Translations under genes and position numbers: made by a program
Shown here: positions 61,246 to 64,000 of the stretch, in pieces
Layout: every line of letters begins with the position of its first letter
Position numbering within the stretch: position 1 is the stretch's first letter
The notes under the pieces: model-generated
Databases searched by the model: none
The model's input: the letters and a program-made list of their open reading frames with translations, nothing else
What the model was told of the DNA's origin: nothing
Assembly: GCA_951406725.2 (NCBI GenBank)
Contig: OX597825.1
Coordinates: 65,968,001-66,032,000 of the forward strand
DNA: 64,000 nt
From: Octopus vulgaris
Taxonomy: Eukaryota
Reading direction: 5' to 3'

Positions 61246-61389
61246 CTAGAACTGCGACTTTCAGGCTCTTTGATTCTCTTCCTAAGGAATTCTCTGCTGT
61301 GCATTTGACATTGACATTGCAATGGCTACACGGCATCGTCACATTTATGGTACTACCATTACCTAACCATGACCAAACGAACACATTTG
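61246..61389 (-). CDS. Ig-superfamily gene, internal exon: C-terminal half of an Ig domain (xANVFVWSWLGNGSTINVTMPCSHCNVNVKCTAENSLGRESKSLKVAVL-G)
   Basis: Minus-strand acceptor tctttatattttcag|CA and donor CTAG|gtaagt; 144 nt, phase 1/1; Ig F-G strand motif C-x-A-x-N-x-x-G; splices in frame to 49400 (G+GA = Gly). Confidence 0.85.
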
Positions 61390-62294
61390 CTGAAAATATA
61401 AAGAATTCGAAAATTTGTTGATGAAAATTACTTAGGTGGTCGTCGTCGTCGTGGTCGCATGGTTGAGAAGCAAGCTTCTTAACCACACAGCCACGCCTGC
61501 TTTAGGCAGTTTTGCATTCCTTCACAAATTTAGTGAATTCCAATTGGTACAGATACCAATATATACATTACATCTAATCGCCCATCTCGGCCATGTGGTT
61601 AATGTCAGAAATCAAGAGAACTCAAAAATTAGTTATACTTATAAATTGAGGATATAATCATTAAAATGATTGTATCAGTGGCTAGCTTATAAAAAACGAC
61701 CGTTTCGGTAAAATCAAATTTTAAGTATATAGTTATAAAAATTAGTGGAGGCGCGTGGATTAGTGGTTAGGGTGTCAGCATCATGATCGTAAGATTGTGG
61801 TTTCGATTCCTGGACCGGGCGACGCGTTGTGTTCTTGAACAAAACACTTCATTTCACGTTGCTCCAGTCCACTAAGCTGACAAAAACGAGTAATGCTGCG
61901 TTGGACTGGTGTCCCGTCCAGCTGGGGAACACATACGCCATTGAAACCGGGGAAACGGGGCTCATGAGCCTGGCTAGGCTTTAAAAGGGTACATTTATTA
62001 TTATTTTAATTATAAAAATATAATTTTGATTAAGGGCGCTGGATTGTAGGTATTTGACATCTACTTCTAGCGTATATGTACTGTCATTCCAGCGCCCTTA
62101 ATTATAATTAATTATATTTTATAATTATATACTTAAAAATTCATTTTACCGATAGAGTATATTAAGTTTATCCCTGAGTATTAGCGATATTTAGTTTACC
62201 AATGTATACGAAAGGATGGAATCAAGGACTGCAATTCAATCATGACTAAATTCCAAGTCAGGATGTAGAGTTCGAAACCTAGAGTTACATATCG

Positions 62295-62980
62295 TTGTGG
62301 TTGTCTTCGTCGCCATCGTCTCATCGCTGTCTCATCGTCGTGATCTTCGTCGTTGTCACCATCATCGTCGTCGTCATCATCATCGTCGTCATCAGAGTCG
62401 TCATCAGAGTCGTCATCGCCGTCGTTGTCGTCATCATCATCCTTGTTGTCATCGTTATCATCGTCGTCATCATCATCGCCGTTATCTTCATCATCGCCAT
62501 CATCATCATCATCGACGTCATCGTCATCCATGTCATCATCATCATCGCCGTCATCATCATCTCTGTCATCATCAGTGTCGTCCTCGTTATCGAAGTCGTC
62601 ATCATCGTAGTCATCATCATCGCTGTCATCATCATCGCCGTCATCGTCATCCTAATGGTAATGGTGGTGGTGGTGGTGGTGGTGGTGGTGGTGGTGGTAG
62701 TGATGTTGATAGTGGTGGTCGTCATCATCATCATCGCTATCGTCTTTGTCATTCAGAAGGAGGTGGTGGTGCTGCTGCTGCTGCTGTTGTTTTTGTTTAT
62801 TGTGGTGGTGGTGGTGGTGGTGGTGGTGGAATGTGGCGATGGCGGTGGTGGCGGTAGTGGTGGCGGTGGTGGTTTTGTTGGTGGTGGTGGTGGTGGTGGT
62901 GGTGGTGGTAGTAGTAGCGGTGGTGGTGGTGGCGGTGGTGGTGGTGGAGGTGGTGGTGGTGGAGGTGGTGGTGGTGGTGG
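62295..62980. repeat. Degenerate (CAT/CGT)n and (GGT)n tracts
   Basis: Direct inspection. Confidence 0.9.
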
Positions 62981-63126
62981 TCCGATATCAGGTGACGAAC
63001 AAAGTCTAAACAACGAGTGTCACGTAGCAAGAATTAGCTCTTGATCGTATGGAATTGCTAACGCAAGCACTCGAAATTTTATGTTCGCTTAGAACGCACA
63101 CAGCATACACATGCGACCCACACAAC

Positions 63127-63191
<65 letters not shown>

Positions 63192-63616
63192 ACACGCACA
63201 CACAGATACACAGTCGCACTTTTTACATGATGTAGCTTGTTTACCAAGTAATGATTTGATGCAAAAATTGTGGATGTAGCTTGCTTAACAACCACATGGT
63301 TCCGTGTTCAGTCCCACTGCGTGGTACCTTGGGCAAATGTCTTCTACTATAAGCCGCGAGCCGACTAAAGCCTTGTGAGTGGATTTGGTAGACGGAAACT
63401 GAAAGAAGCTCGTCGTATTTGTGTGTGTGTGTGTGTGTTTGCGTGTCTGTGTTTATCCCCACATCGTCGGTTGATGACAACCGATGTTGATGTGTTTACG
63501 TCCCTGTAACTTAGCGGTTCGGCAAAAGAGATCGATAGAATAAGTACTAAGCTTACAAAGAATAAGTCCTAGGGTCCTATTCTATATATATATATAATAT
63601 AATATAATATAATATA

Positions 63617-64000
63617 TTAGGTTGTTTCACATGAAATGTCATATTTGAAAGGTAACAATAAAATGTTTCAGAAGTGTTAGAGAACTGATTTATTTAATCA
63701 AAGTATGATCCATGTTCATTTATGACCTGTATACATACAACGTTTCTCTAAGTCATATATTCCATCTTTAAAAAAAAAAATTCATCTTTTGCTGTGATAA
63801 ACTGTCCGAATATTTTAATTGCTTCTTCTCTATTTAAGAATGTTTTATTGCTTATGAAAAGCTCAAAATGCTTAAATAAGTGATGATTAGTGGGAGAGAT
63901 ATCAAGGGAATGGGGTGGGAGTGCAAAATCTCATAATTCAGGCTTTTCAACTTTTGGACTGCAGCTTGAGGAGTGTAAGGACGTACATTATCGTGGAGCA
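63617..64000 (-). mobile_element. Mariner transposon end: TIR plus decayed transposase C-terminus
   Basis: Minus translation LHDNVRPYT...ISPTNHHLFKHFE...KDGIYDLEKR...GSYFD* (mariner HDNARPH and YSPDLAPSDYHLF motifs, frameshifted); TIR TTAGGTTG next to TA. Confidence 0.85.

Noticed and set aside
62196-63044. Asp-, His-, Ile/Val- and Gly-rich ORFs as a possible structural protein
   Set aside because: Open in many frames on both strands, as expected for a trinucleotide repeat; no splice support was seen.

Overview
AT-rich, microsatellite-saturated animal DNA, most likely an octopus or other coleoid cephalopod (inferred from repeat content). Almost every ORF in the supplied track is a microsatellite or SINE artefact. 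One real gene can be rebuilt by hand on the minus strand from four phase-1 exons with canonical splice sites: 61246-61389, 49101-49400, 45181-45297 and 28530-28630. They encode the end of one Ig domain, a full I-set Ig domain, a Ser/Thr/Pro stalk and a GPI-anchor-like tail, resembling lachesin/DIP/IgLON adhesion proteins; the 5' exons lie beyond the window. The rest is mobile DNA: at least four tRNA-derived SINE head types with shuffled tails, a decayed R4/Dong-type LINE in (AAT)n, RTE and ORF1 LINE fragments, mariner/hAT/Helitron remnants and MITEs. The most unusual signals are short elements carrying minimal hammerhead-ribozyme motifs, including one with a tRNA-like Pol III head and a Penelope-like inverted arm, and a set of asymmetric fold-back elements inserted in (TA)n. 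Repeat boundaries were estimated by eye and no database searches were run.
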